The notes under the pieces are model-generated. The model did no database searches and was not told the DNA's origin. It worked only from the letters and a program-made list of their open reading frames with translations. From Candidatus Blautia excrementipullorum (lineage in GTDB: Bacteria; Bacillota; Clostridia; Lachnospirales; Lachnospiraceae), in the NCBI GenBank assembly GCA_019118645.1, contig DWYN01000149.1, positions 1,277 through 65,276 of the forward strand: a DNA stretch of 64,000 bases, given 5' to 3'. Numbering within the stretch: position 1 is the stretch's first letter; each line of letters starts with the position of its first letter. Positions 1-10,471 of the stretch are shown here, one piece after another. The position numbers and the translations under genes are program-made.

Positions 1-986
1 GCAACAGTCTCCGCGCGGCTGATGAAAAGCAGAGGCAGCTGGATACGGTAAATTATATCTATGATGTGGAAAAGCTTCTCTTTAATGCTCACGAGAGAAA
101 GGAGAATATAGGAAAGGCTCTGGAAAAGATCGGATATATTATTTCAGCAGAAGCCGTAGGTTTTTTTATGCGCGGAGATACTGAAGGCGGCAGTTCTTTT
201 GTGTGGAGCAGAAGAGGGAATAAAGGGCCGGAAATAAAGGAAGAGATTTTTGAGGCGCTTTGGGAATATTTCAGAACAAGAAACTGCAGATTTGATGCGT
301 TTACAGCGGAGAAACTTAAATCCAGTCTGCCAGGGGCGGATTTGGGAGGCATTAAAAATATGATAGCAGTGCCGGTGGAGGAGATGGATGGAACGATCCG
401 GGGGATCCTGGCAGGCTTTAATCTGTCAGACTCTCATATCAGTTCTGCGGCTCTGAAAAGCGTCTGCTTCAGCTTTAACATGTTTTGCAATAATATATGG
501 TCCTATAACGCGATGAAGGAGAAGGGGGAAAAAGATATCCTCTCAGGGCTTTATAACAGAAATAAATATGAATCGGATCTGCCGGTCTTTCCGAAGCTTT
601 ATCACAAGTCTTTGGCATGTATCTATATTGATGTAAACGGCCTTCATGAGCTGAACAATACCAGGGGCCATGAGGCCGGAGACGAGATGCTTAAGGCCGT
701 TTCAGAACAGATCCGCGGGAAGTTCGGAGAGCGTTATGCATATCGTGTAGGCGGGGATGAATTTATCGTATTCGCGCTTGATGCGGAAGAGGACGAAGTA
801 AACGAAAAAACCCGGGAAATTGTGAGGGAGCTGGAAAAGAGCCGGATATATGCCTCGGTAGGAGCGCATTGGGAGAGCGGAGACTTTTCTATGGATATCC
901 TGATCAAGAATGCCGAGAAAAAAATGTACAATGCAAAAAGAGAATTTTACAGCAAAGAAGCAAACGACAGAAGAATGAGAATATAA
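1..986 (+). CDS. GGDEF diguanylate cyclase with GAF-like N-terminal region (5'-truncated by window edge)
   Basis: DVNGLHELN..GH..GD and RVGGDEF motifs; frame open from position 3, so the true start lies upstream. Confidence 0.9.
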   Translation, partial: NSLRAADEKQRQLDTVNYIYDVEKLLFNAHERKENIGKALEKIGYIISAEAVGFFMRGDTEGGSSFVWSRRGNKGPEIKEEIFEALWEYFRTRNCRFDAFTAEKLKSSLPGADLGGIKNMIAVPVEEMDGTIRGILAGFNLSDSHISSAALKSVCFSFNMFCNNIWSYNAMKEKGEKDILSGLYNRNKYESDLPVFPKLYHKSLACIYIDVNGLHELNNTRGHEAGDEMLKAVSEQIRGKFGERYAYRVGGDEFIVFALDAEEDEVNEKTREIVRELEKSRIYASVGAHWESGDFSMDILIKNAEKKMYNAKREFYSKEANDRRMRI

Positions 987-1024
987 AAATGAGACCCGGA
1001 GAAACCGCCGGGACAGGAGATACT

Positions 1025-2326
1025 ATGAATTACGAAGAAGCAAGAAGATATTTAAGTGAGATTTCAAAATACGGAAGTGTATTGGGGCTGGAAAGTATAA
1101 AAGAACTGATGAAAAGGCTTGGCAATCCTCAGGACGATCTGAAATTCATCCATATTGCGGGCACAAATGGGAAGGGATCTGTTCTGGCCTATTTATCCAC
1201 AATACTGACAAAGGCGGGATACCGCACTGGCCGGTATGTCTCCCCCACTCTTTTTTCCTATCGTGAACGGATCCAGATAGATGGGAAAATGATTGAGAGA
1301 GAAGATCTGGCACGTCTTGCGGGCAGAGTGAAGGATGCAGCTGAGGATATGATAAGGGACGGACTGCAGCATCCCACTTCTTTTGAGACAGAGACAGCTC
1401 TTGCCTGGCTGTATTTCCGGGAAAAAAAGTGTGACCTTGTTGTGCTGGAAACAGGGATGGGAGGCGCCCTGGACGCTACTAATATTGTGAAAACTACGGT
1501 TTTGGAGATTCTGACGGCCATCAGTATGGATCATATGGATTTCCTGGGAAATACCCTGGAAAAGATCACGGCACAGAAAGCCGGGATCATAAAACCCGGA
1601 ACCTGTGTCGTGTCGGCTGTTCAGGAACCGGAAGCGGAAAGGGTTATTCGGGAAGTGTGTCTGGAAAGGAAGTGTCGGCTTTTAACAGTGGAACCGGATC
1701 TGCTGTCGGAAGTGTGTCCGGGCTGCGAAAAACAGAGCTTTTCCTACAGACAATGGAAGAACGTGGAGATTTCTCTGGCAGGAAGCTATCAGATCAAAAA
1801 CGCCGCAACTGCTCTTGAAGCGGTGGAGGCGCTCAGAAAAGAAGGGTATGAGATTTCGGATGCCAATGTATACGAAGGAATGAAAGAGACGGTGTGGCGC
1901 GGCAGATTTACTCTCATATCGAAAAGTCCTATGGTGATCCTGGACGGGGCGCACAATCCGGGAGCTGCTCGGGAACTTCGGAATTCTCTGGAAAAATATT
2001 TTTGCGGAAGGACTATCCGCTATATTTTCGGTATGTTTAAAGATAAGGATTACAGGCAGGTTATCGCTCTGACAGCGCCTTTGGCCAGTCATATCATCAC
2101 CGTTGAGACGCCGGATAATGAAAGAGCTATGCCGGCCGAAAGGCTGCGGGAGGAAGTGGCAAAGGTAAATTTCTCTGTGGAGGCAGCCGACAGCATAGCT
2201 GCAGCGGTGAAAAAGACATTTGCGCAGGCTGAAGAGGATGATGTGATCGTAATCTTCGGTTCCCTTTCTTTTCTCGGCGAGGCGGAGAGAGCGGTTAAAA
2301 ATGAAAAAACGGAACGGCCGATGTAA
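1025..2326 (+). CDS. folC: Folylpolyglutamate synthase/dihydrofolate synthase
   Basis: IHIAGTNGKGS, ETGMGGALDATN, DGAHNP; start set at MNYEE after CAGGAGA. Confidence 0.95.
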   Translation: MNYEEARRYLSEISKYGSVLGLESIKELMKRLGNPQDDLKFIHIAGTNGKGSVLAYLSTILTKAGYRTGRYVSPTLFSYRERIQIDGKMIEREDLARLAGRVKDAAEDMIRDGLQHPTSFETETALAWLYFREKKCDLVVLETGMGGALDATNIVKTTVLEILTAISMDHMDFLGNTLEKITAQKAGIIKPGTCVVSAVQEPEAERVIREVCLERKCRLLTVEPDLLSEVCPGCEKQSFSYRQWKNVEISLAGSYQIKNAATALEAVEALRKEGYEISDANVYEGMKETVWRGRFTLISKSPMVILDGAHNPGAARELRNSLEKYFCGRTIRYIFGMFKDKDYRQVIALTAPLASHIITVETPDNERAMPAERLREEVAKVNFSVEAADSIAAAVKKTFAQAEEDDVIVIFGSLSFLGEAERAVKNEKTERPM

Positions 2327-2385
2327 GCTGTTCTGCGGCTTTGCCGAACGGAAATGAAGACCGGAAAAGCTTCCGGGAAAGCTCC

Positions 2386-3765
2386 TTATTTCAGGAACTT
2401 TCTCAGAAGCTTTTCGTTTAGTCTGCGGTATGGCTGATAGCGCATCGGCAGGTCGATCCATGTTTTTTTGTCAACGATGCTTTTATAATGAGTGAAAGTA
2501 TCGAAGCCTTCTTTTCCGTGATAGGAGCCCATTCCGCTTTCTCCGAATCCTCCAAATCCCATTTCGCTGGTAGCAAGATGAATGAGTGTATCATTTACGC
2601 ATCCGCCTCCGTAGCCGCACTGTGAAGTTACTTTGTCAATCACTGATTTGTCAGAAGAAAAAATGTAGAGGGCCAGCGGATGAGCCATGGAATTCACCTT
2701 TGCAATGGCTTCATCAATTGATTCATAAGTCAAAACAGGAAGCACCGGTCCGAATATTTCTTCCTGCATAACAGCATCCTCAAAAGTAACGCCGTCCATT
2801 ACCGTGGGAGCGATCTGAAGAGTATCCGGATTGCTTTCCCCTCCGCAGACGACCTTTCCGGAGTCGATGAGGCCGAGTATTCTGGAAAAATGTTTCTGGT
2901 TAATGATTTTTCCATAGTTTTCATTGTTCAGAGGCGATGCGGAGTATTGGCGATTGATCTGTTTTTGGATATGCAGGATCAGGTCGTCCTTGATTTCTCT
3001 GTCGCAGTAGATATAATCAGGCGCTACACAGGTCTGCCCGCAGTTTAAAAATTTTCCGAATACAATTCTTTTTGCGGCAAGCTTCAGGTTTGCGCTTTTT
3101 TCTACGATACACGGGCTTTTTCCGCCCAGTTCCAGGGTAACGGGAGTGAGATGGCGGGATGCTTTTTCCATCACCTCTCTGCCTACGTGCTGACTTCCGG
3201 TAAAGAAAATGTAATCAAAATGTTCGTTCAGAAGACAGGTGTTTTCCGCCCGGCCTCCGGTGACCACTGCCACATGGGAACGGTCAAAACACTGACTGAC
3301 AATTTTTTCTATGATTCTGCTTGTATTCGGCGAGTATGCGCTGGGCTTTACGATTGCTGTATTCCCGGCTGCAATGGCGTCAATCAGGGGATCCATGCTC
3401 AAAAGAAAAGGATAGTTCCAGGGACTCATAATAAGGACAACCCCGTAGGGAGACGGTTTTCGGTAGCTTCTTGAAGAAAACTGCGCCAGAGGGGTGGGAA
3501 CGGTATGTTCCTTTGCATAGTAAGGAGTATGCCGGATCATGTGGCTGAGTTCGCTGAGCACAAGACCGGTTTCGCACATATAAGACTCAAAAGCACACTT
3601 TCCGAGATCGGCCTTCAGCGCCTGATTGATTTCCTCTTCGTGAGCCTGTATACATAATCTGAGTTTTTTCAGCGCGCCGATCCGGGCGGAGACAGGCAGG
3701 GTGGCGCCGGTGAGAAAATAGCTGCGCTGACATTGCGTTAATTCCTGGATTTCTGTTTCATTCAT
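2386..3765 (-). CDS. Aldehyde dehydrogenase (ALDH3-like)
   Basis: PWNYP, FTGS, LELGGKSP, GQTCVAPDY, EEIFGP; start MNETE overlaps the upstream stop (ATGAATGA). Confidence 0.93.
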   Translation of the reverse strand: MNETEIQELTQCQRSYFLTGATLPVSARIGALKKLRLCIQAHEEEINQALKADLGKCAFESYMCETGLVLSELSHMIRHTPYYAKEHTVPTPLAQFSSRSYRKPSPYGVVLIMSPWNYPFLLSMDPLIDAIAAGNTAIVKPSAYSPNTSRIIEKIVSQCFDRSHVAVVTGGRAENTCLLNEHFDYIFFTGSQHVGREVMEKASRHLTPVTLELGGKSPCIVEKSANLKLAAKRIVFGKFLNCGQTCVAPDYIYCDREIKDDLILHIQKQINRQYSASPLNNENYGKIINQKHFSRILGLIDSGKVVCGGESNPDTLQIAPTVMDGVTFEDAVMQEEIFGPVLPVLTYESIDEAIAKVNSMAHPLALYIFSSDKSVIDKVTSQCGYGGGCVNDTLIHLATSEMGFGGFGESGMGSYHGKEGFDTFTHYKSIVDKKTWIDLPMRYQPYRRLNEKLLRKFLK

Positions 3766-5080
3766 TCGTGCGTTCCTCCTTATTTCCTTCTTTCTGGATC
3801 TCTGCAGAAACTGCATCCTTATTTATGCCGCTGTTTTCTATTCCTTCGTTTTCAAGATTCCCGTCTCTTCCGGTCTTTTTTTCTGGCATAAGCATGTAAT
3901 AAAATTTTTCAAGCTCATGATCATCCATCAGGCGGGGAACAGGGTAGAGCGGATTTGCTTCCTTATCTGCGTAATGGGAGAGCTTCGGAATGTCTGTTTC
4001 CTGAATTTCCGGAATGGTATTTCCAATTTGAAAGCGAACTTTCATTTCTTCAATAGCCCGGATAAAACTTTCCGCAGCTTCTGAGGCGGGAGTGTCTTTT
4101 TCAGCCACACCTGCGGCCGCGGCCAGCTTCTGAAGCTTTTTATGGATGCAGGAGCCGTATTCCCTCAGAACCATGGGAAGAAGAACCGCATTGGCGTAAC
4201 CATGCGGAACATTATACTGTCCTCCCAGTGAGTGGGCTACCGCATGTACATAGCCTACATAAGATTTCGTAAAAGCGCAGCCGGCATAAAATGAGGCATG
4301 CAGCATATTTCTTCTGGCGGCGATATCATCTCCGTGAGTATAAGCGTCGTCAATGTTTTCGAAAATAAGCTTTACAGCCTTCAGAGCGTCTCTCCTTGTA
4401 TCTATGGTGCTGGAATTTCCGATAAACGCTTCTACAGCATGTGTCAGAGCGTCCATCCCGGTAGTGGCAGTGATAAAGGGCGGAAGACTTAATGTGACTT
4501 TTGGATCCAGAACCGCGTACCGGGGGATCAGCGGAAAGTCATTGATCGCGTATTTATGCCGTGTCTCCGCGTCTGTAATTACAGAGGCCAGAGTTGTCTC
4601 ACTTCCGGTTCCTGCCGTAGTCGGGACAGCTATCAGAAGAGGCAGCTTCCTGTGAACCTTCAGGATTCCTTTCATTTGAGCAAGGGACTGATCAGGCTTT
4701 ACCGCTCTGGCGCCGACTGCTTTGGCACAGTCCATACTGGAGCCTCCGCCGAAGCCAATGATTGTATTACAGCCGTTCTGAATGTAGAGCTTCAAGGCCT
4801 CCTCTACATTAACTGTAGTAGGATTGGCAACGGTCTGGTCATAAAGGACATATGGAATTTCGTCTCTGTTCAGAGCTTTTTCCAGCCGTTTTGTCAGTCC
4901 GAGTTTTGTAATGCCCTGGTCAGTAATGATGAGCACGCGCGTGCATTTATGCTTATGTATAATTGCCGGGAGGTCTTTGACACTGCCAACGATTTTTGGC
5001 TTTCGGTAAGGAAGAAAAGGGATGGCGATGCGAAACAGTTTTTGAAAACTTCTGCAATAGATTTTTCTCAGGGGATTCAT
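3758..5080 (-). CDS. Iron-containing alcohol dehydrogenase
   Basis: GGGSSMD, PTTAGTGSE, DALTHA, HAVAHSLG, VPHG motifs. Confidence 0.93.
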   Translation of the reverse strand: MNPLRKIYCRSFQKLFRIAIPFLPYRKPKIVGSVKDLPAIIHKHKCTRVLIITDQGITKLGLTKRLEKALNRDEIPYVLYDQTVANPTTVNVEEALKLYIQNGCNTIIGFGGGSSMDCAKAVGARAVKPDQSLAQMKGILKVHRKLPLLIAVPTTAGTGSETTLASVITDAETRHKYAINDFPLIPRYAVLDPKVTLSLPPFITATTGMDALTHAVEAFIGNSSTIDTRRDALKAVKLIFENIDDAYTHGDDIAARRNMLHASFYAGCAFTKSYVGYVHAVAHSLGGQYNVPHGYANAVLLPMVLREYGSCIHKKLQKLAAAAGVAEKDTPASEAAESFIRAIEEMKVRFQIGNTIPEIQETDIPKLSHYADKEANPLYPVPRLMDDHELEKFYYMLMPEKKTGRDGNLENEGIENSGINKDAVSAEIQKEGNKEERTNE

Positions 5081-5157
5081 TTGGATCAGGTTCCTTTCTG
5101 TAGTTTCTGAATTTTACTATGCATTATTCTCCGCAGGAAAATAAGTGGCTGAAATAA

Positions 5158-5186
5158 AATATAGCAGGACAAAAAAGGGTTGTCAA
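5158..5186 (-). promoter_or_regulatory. sigma-A promoter of adh-aldh
   Basis: TTGACA-17-TATATT with extended TG on the minus strand. Confidence 0.7.
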
Positions 5187-5309
5187 TGTGTGGATTTTTC
5201 ATTGTTTCGGCTGGCAGACACTGTCGAATTATAGTATAATTGCTGCATAAAAAGCTTCTGTCCTTTTTGGACATCTTATCGAATAAAAAGCAGAGAGGGA
5301 GAAAAAACA

Positions 5310-6050
5310 GTGACTGACAGAAGAAGACGAAGAAAAAGAAGGAGAACAAAATTTAAACTTCCGGTACTGATTCTGGCCTGTCTGGCTCTTGTATTTTATG
5401 AAAAGCTGCCGCAGAATAACCGCAGCGGGACGGTTTACCTTGATGAGCCGATTGCCTCGGCAGAGGAGGTGCCGGAATACAGCGGAGAACCATTCGTGTA
5501 TATTAACAGCAATATTCCGGAATTTCCGGAGGAAGAGAAGACGAAAGTGTCATTTGAGAGCTACAGCGCTTTGGACAGTCTCGGGCGCTGCCAGACAGCA
5601 TGTGCCAATATCGGACAGGATTTAATGCCGGAAGGAGAGCGGGAGAGCATCAGTCAGGTAAAACCTACCGGGTGGAAGCAGGCCAGGTACAGTTTTGTTG
5701 AGGGCGAAAATCTGTATAACCGCTGCCACCTGATCGGGTATCAGCTTACCGGTGAAAATGCGAACGAAGAAAATCTGATTACCGGGACACGCTATATGAA
5801 TGTGGACGGAATGATGCCTTTTGAAAATATGGTGGCAGATTATATTGACGAAACGAACAATCATGTTCTGTACCAGGTGACCCCTGTGTTTGAGGGGGAT
5901 GAACTGGTAGCCAGAGGAGTGGAGATGGAGGGATATTCTGTGGAAGATGAAGGAGAAGGAATCAGCTTCCATGTTTTTGTCTATAATGTAGAGCCCGGAG
6001 TTGAGATTGATTATGAGACAGGTGACAGTACATTTGCGGAAGATTCGTGA
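5310..6050 (+). CDS. Membrane-anchored DNA/RNA non-specific endonuclease (EndA/streptodornase-like)
   Basis: LDSLGR, PTGW, NRCHLIG, NLITGTRYMN; polybasic N-terminus followed by one TM helix. Confidence 0.88.
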   Translation: MTDRRRRRKRRRTKFKLPVLILACLALVFYEKLPQNNRSGTVYLDEPIASAEEVPEYSGEPFVYINSNIPEFPEEEKTKVSFESYSALDSLGRCQTACANIGQDLMPEGERESISQVKPTGWKQARYSFVEGENLYNRCHLIGYQLTGENANEENLITGTRYMNVDGMMPFENMVADYIDETNNHVLYQVTPVFEGDELVARGVEMEGYSVEDEGEGISFHVFVYNVEPGVEIDYETGDSTFAEDS

Positions 6051-6101
6051 TTGACAAATGACGGAAAGAGTGTTAAATTTAAATTAAATTACAACATGTA
6101 A
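6051..6101 (+). promoter_or_regulatory. sigma-A promoter with downstream palindrome (possible TetR operator)
   Basis: TTGACA-17-TAAATT with extended TG; TTACA-ACA-TGTAA at 6089-6101. Confidence 0.55.
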
Positions 6102-6149
6102 CTTAAAATCAAATCAATTAAGAGGAAAAGTATACAGAAGGGAGAACAT

Positions 6150-7271
6150 ATGGCATATTTAGGAGAAGAAATTAAGAAACTGGGATTTGGTCTGATGCGT
6201 CTTCCGCTAAAGGACGGAGTAATTGATGTGGAAGAGACAAAAGATATGGTAGATGCGTTTATGGAAGCGGGCTTCACTTATTTTGATACAGCCTGGGCTT
6301 ATGCCGGAAGTGAAGACGCCATCCGTCAGGCCCTCGTGGAGCGTTATCCAAGAGAGAAATTCCAGCTGGCAACCAAAAACGCCGCGTGGATCAACTGCAA
6401 GACAAGAGAAGAGGCGGTTGCCCAGTTTGATACTTCGCTGAAACAGACAGGAGCCGGATATTTTGATTTTTATCTTCTTCATAATCTGGGAGAGGGACGC
6501 ACACGCTATTTTGATGATTTTGATATGTGGAGCTGGATACAGGAGAAAAAAGCACAGGGCCTGATCAGACATATCGGATTTTCTTTCCATTCCACACCAG
6601 AGGAACTGGATGCCATTCTGAACGCGCATCCGGAGATGGAGTTTGTACAGCTTCAGATTAACTATGCAGACTGGGAAAATCCGGCGGTTCAGTCCAGAGC
6701 CTGCTACGAAGTTGCAAGAAAGCATGGAAAACCAGTGATTATCATGGAACCGGTAAAAGGCGGCATGCTGGCAACTCCTCCGGAATCTGTAGAAAAGATA
6801 CTGAAAGACGCGGAACCGCAGTCTTCTGCGGCGTCCTGGGCAATCCGTTTTGCAGCTGACCTGGAGGGTGTGATCACTGTCCTTTCCGGAATGAGCAGCC
6901 TGGATCAGATGAAAGATAATCTGTCTTACATGAAAGACTTCCACGGACTGAATGACACAGAGAAAGAGGTACTGAAAAAGGCCCAGGAAGAAATGACAAG
7001 GATTCCGCTGATTCCCTGTACAACCTGCAATTACTGTGCTAAAGTATGTCCTAAGGATATTGGAATTTCCGGGTCTTTTACAGCGATGAACTATCTGACT
7101 TTATACGGAAATATGGATATGGCAAAAAGCCAGGAACAGTGGCTTGTAGGCGGCCATGGAAGAAAACAGGCAACCGAATGTGTAAAATGCGGAAAATGCG
7201 AGGAAGTCTGTCCGCAGCATATTAAGATTCGCGAAAATCTGGAAACAGTTGCTGAGAAACTGTTGAAATAG
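6150..7271 (+). CDS. Aldo/keto reductase with C-terminal 4Fe-4S dicluster domain
   Basis: LGFGLMRLP, YFDTAWAY, GFSFH; CTTCNYC..CP and CVKCGKCEEVCP. Confidence 0.92.
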   Translation: MAYLGEEIKKLGFGLMRLPLKDGVIDVEETKDMVDAFMEAGFTYFDTAWAYAGSEDAIRQALVERYPREKFQLATKNAAWINCKTREEAVAQFDTSLKQTGAGYFDFYLLHNLGEGRTRYFDDFDMWSWIQEKKAQGLIRHIGFSFHSTPEELDAILNAHPEMEFVQLQINYADWENPAVQSRACYEVARKHGKPVIIMEPVKGGMLATPPESVEKILKDAEPQSSAASWAIRFAADLEGVITVLSGMSSLDQMKDNLSYMKDFHGLNDTEKEVLKKAQEEMTRIPLIPCTTCNYCAKVCPKDIGISGSFTAMNYLTLYGNMDMAKSQEQWLVGGHGRKQATECVKCGKCEEVCPQHIKIRENLETVAEKLLK

Positions 7272-7341
7272 TCCGGTTTTTCAGTAAGCCAAGATAAAGC
7301 GGTCCGGCGCCGGAGGTTAAAAGAAAGCAGGGAAGAGAAGT

Positions 7342-7989
7342 ATGGGAGATTTTGTGCGTGCCAGAAGCAGCAGCCAGAAAGAAGAACGCATGCGGGAGAT
7401 TATGAATGCGGCGGAGAAGCAGTTCGCGGAAAAGCCTTACCATGAGATCACTCTGACTACCATTGCGGATCAGCTGTCCTGGTCCCGGGCAAACCTGTAT
7501 AAGTATGTAACCACAAAGGAAGAAATTTTTCTGGAGCTTGCCAGAGATAAATGGGCGGCATATCTGACGGCTTTGAAAGCCGCTTTCCCTCCGGAGTGCG
7601 GATACTCTGCTGAAGTAGCCGCCGAGGTCTGGGCAGGGATACTGAATGGAAACAAAGAGCACCTGAAATATGCAGCGATCCTGTCTTCTATTATAGAAAC
7701 GAATGTGTCTATGGAAAAACTTGCTGCCTTTAAGAAATTTTTTCATCAGCAGGTGGATTTGCTTACAGATCTCTTTCACCGGAATTTTGGATTTTCCAGG
7801 GAAAAAGCATATGAAATTTTTATGAACGTTCACTATCAGGCTGTCGGGATGTACGGGTACTGCAATGCAGGGCCGCAAGTGACGGAAGCTCTTCGCCGGG
7901 CCGGAGTAAAACTTTTGATACCGGATTTCAGGGAGCGTATGAAAACTTTTATTTATATGAATTTAAACTTTGCTCTCAGTGAAAAATGA
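7342..7989 (+). CDS. TetR family transcriptional regulator
   Basis: N-terminal HTH ITLTTIADQLSWSRANLYKYVTTKEEI. Confidence 0.9.
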   Translation: MGDFVRARSSSQKEERMREIMNAAEKQFAEKPYHEITLTTIADQLSWSRANLYKYVTTKEEIFLELARDKWAAYLTALKAAFPPECGYSAEVAAEVWAGILNGNKEHLKYAAILSSIIETNVSMEKLAAFKKFFHQQVDLLTDLFHRNFGFSREKAYEIFMNVHYQAVGMYGYCNAGPQVTEALRRAGVKLLIPDFRERMKTFIYMNLNFALSEK

Positions 7990-8031
7990 AATGATTTCCA
8001 TACAAAAAAACAGATGCAGCGGTTTTGCTGG

Positions 8032-8063
8032 AAAATCTCATCGTGTCATGCGATGAGATTTTT
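8032..8063 (+). terminator. Intrinsic terminator
   Basis: AAAATCTCATCG-7-CGATGAGATTTTT. Confidence 0.75.
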
Positions 8064-8276
8064 GCTTATAAATATGAAATAAAGCAAATTTAACAACATA
8101 AACATTTTTTAAAGAACTGGAAAAAAGACTTTTTGTATTTTTTGTAAAAATGGATAAATATACTAGAATAAATATAAATATACAAGATATTTGTCAGATT
8201 ATGTTGAATAAGGAGCGGAGTTATGATAATATGTGAATGTATTCAAAACCTTTATGATGAGGGAAGGAGGATTCAG

Positions 8277-9884
8277 ATGAATCATACAAAAAAGTTTTTG
8301 AAAAAAATGACAGCCGGTATTGCTGCCTCTGCCCTGGTTATTTCCGGCAGCAGCACGGTATTCGCAGCAGGCTCTTACCAGGAGACAGAAAAAGGGGCTT
8401 TAGATAAACTGGTTTCCGGCGCGGAAGCATATCTGGATACCTATGCGGAGAATTTAGACAAGGCAAAGGCCGGAAGCAAAGCGACGCTGACACTTACAGC
8501 GGAGGACGCGGGAAAATCTCTTCTTGGAATGGTTTCCGGTATGGATTTTTCGTGGCTGAATACGATTACTATGGATATGGACGCAACGATTCAGGACAGC
8601 GTGGAGGCAGTGGCTGTTGATCTGCTGGTAAATGACGCTGCTCTTTGTACCATGAATATGATAATGGATATGGCTGATTTTGTGGAATATATTCAGATTC
8701 CGGAACTTTCCCAGAGCTGGATGTCCATGTCCATGCTTTCCACGACAGCGGATGGAACAGATACAGAACTTTCAGAGGAGACAGCCGGACAGATGCAGAT
8801 AATGTCAGACATCATGAATCTGATTCCTGATTCCGCAACTGCAGGAACTCTCCTTGACCGTTACGGGAATCTGATCATTGACAATATGACAGAGGGCGCT
8901 TCTGTAGAGGAGGCTGTGTCCGTAGAAGGCATCAGCGAAGACTGTACTGTATATGAGGGACAGCTTACTGAGGCAGGCCTGAATACGATGGTGAAAGAAA
9001 TTCTTACCACGGCAAAAGACGATCAGGAGCTGAAAACTCTGATTGATGCATGGGCGGAATCCGGAGATTCCGCAGACCTGTATACCCAGTTCCAGTCAGG
9101 AATTGACAGCATGCTTGCCGATATGCCGGCAGACGGCGAGGGAGCAGACACCGGTATTCTTACTTCCAAAGTCTGGACGAACGCAGACGGAAAAATCGTA
9201 GGCCGTGAGTTTTCGGTGACAGACGGTACGGAAAGTATCCCTGTGTTTACCTGGAAGAATCCTTCTCAGGACGGAAATTCCGCTCTGCTTCTTGAGATTT
9301 CCACCGGTACGGATTCCTATACTCTGACAGGTTCCGGCCAGACAGCAGAGGGACTTTTAAACGGAACTTATATTGCCGCTTACAATGGCGTTGAAGTGGC
9401 GGATTTTGCAGTGGAAAATCTGGAAACCAAACCGGCAGTTCTCGGTTATTACAACGGAACTATTACGGTTTCCTTCCCAAATAACGGAACAGAGGAAAAT
9501 CCCAATCCTCTGACAGGTTTTGGAGCTGTAATCGATCTGATTTCAGATGCAGAGGCAGAGACCAGCCAGATTGATATTTCAATTACCAGTTCCGGCGCAC
9601 CGCTTGCGACACTGAGCATAGCCGGCGGATACGGGGAAGGCGCAGATGTGACAGATATTTCATCTGTTGGAGAAACTCTGAGTGTGAACAGCAACGAAGA
9701 TATGACGGCGTATATTCAGGGAATGGATTGGAGCGCCCTTCTGGACAACGCGAGAGCCGCAGGTATTTCGGAAGAACTGGTAACACAGATTGATTCTGCT
9801 CTCCAGTCAGCAGCGGCAGATGCATCTTCCACGGATTCCGATGCCGCAGCAGAGACCGGGGAGCCGGCCGCAGACAGCAGATAA
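8277..9884 (+). CDS. Secreted, highly acidic hypothetical protein
   Basis: Signal peptide MNHTKKFLKK..STVFA after AAGGAGG; D/E/T/S/G-rich; no family recognised. Confidence 0.8.
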   Translation: MNHTKKFLKKMTAGIAASALVISGSSTVFAAGSYQETEKGALDKLVSGAEAYLDTYAENLDKAKAGSKATLTLTAEDAGKSLLGMVSGMDFSWLNTITMDMDATIQDSVEAVAVDLLVNDAALCTMNMIMDMADFVEYIQIPELSQSWMSMSMLSTTADGTDTELSEETAGQMQIMSDIMNLIPDSATAGTLLDRYGNLIIDNMTEGASVEEAVSVEGISEDCTVYEGQLTEAGLNTMVKEILTTAKDDQELKTLIDAWAESGDSADLYTQFQSGIDSMLADMPADGEGADTGILTSKVWTNADGKIVGREFSVTDGTESIPVFTWKNPSQDGNSALLLEISTGTDSYTLTGSGQTAEGLLNGTYIAAYNGVEVADFAVENLETKPAVLGYYNGTITVSFPNNGTEENPNPLTGFGAVIDLISDAEAETSQIDISITSSGAPLATLSIAGGYGEGADVTDISSVGETLSVNSNEDMTAYIQGMDWSALLDNARAAGISEELVTQIDSALQSAAADASSTDSDAAAETGEPAADSR

Positions 9885-9921
9885 TCATTGAAAGATGTTC
9901 TTCTCATCCGGCAGATGAGAG

Positions 9922-9983
9922 AAAAAGGAGTATCCGTCAGGAACCCGGCTGAAAGAAGCCGGATTCCGGGATACTCCTTTTTT
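9922..9983 (+). terminator. Long-stem terminator
   Basis: AAAAAGGAGTATCC...GGATACTCCTTTTTT. Confidence 0.75.
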
Positions 9984-10095
9984 ACAGGTTTCCGGAATAA
10001 AAATGATATCATGATTCAAATGAATGAAAAAAAACTTCCTGATATTTCGTTATAGATATCAGGAAGTAAAAATCGAAACAGAAAGGAAAGATAAA

Positions 10096-10455
10096 ATGGG
10101 ATGTCTTGGTAATTTGTTGTGGTTTATCTGCGGCGGAGCGATCAGCGGATTAAGCTGGTGCCTGGCAGGGTGTCTTTGGTGTATTACGGTTGTCGGAATC
10201 CCTATAGGAATGCAGTGCTTCAAGTTTGCCTCTCTCAGTTTTTTCCCTTTTGGAAAAGAAGTCCGGTATGGAGGCGGAACGTTTTCCATGCTGGTAAACA
10301 TTATCTGGCTGATCCTCTCCGGACTGCCTCTGGCACTTGAGCATGCTGTATTCGGATGCATCATGTGTGTGACAATCATAGGAATTCCATTTGGACTTCA
10401 GCATTTCAAGCTGGCAAAGCTTGCTCTGATGCCTTTTGGCGCGGAGATATATTGA
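10096..10455 (+). CDS. YccF-domain inner membrane protein
   Basis: Duplicated N.LW / TIIGIPFG / PFG motifs. Confidence 0.9.
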   Translation: MGCLGNLLWFICGGAISGLSWCLAGCLWCITVVGIPIGMQCFKFASLSFFPFGKEVRYGGGTFSMLVNIIWLILSGLPLALEHAVFGCIMCVTIIGIPFGLQHFKLAKLALMPFGAEIY

Positions 10456-10471
10456 TAGCCTCAGGCGCGCC

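Noticed and set aside
5310-5360. Poly-Arg N-terminus of the nuclease as Tat or cell-penetrating signal
   Set aside because: No S/T-RR-x-FLK context; fits a positive-inside membrane anchor, as in the CapA protein.
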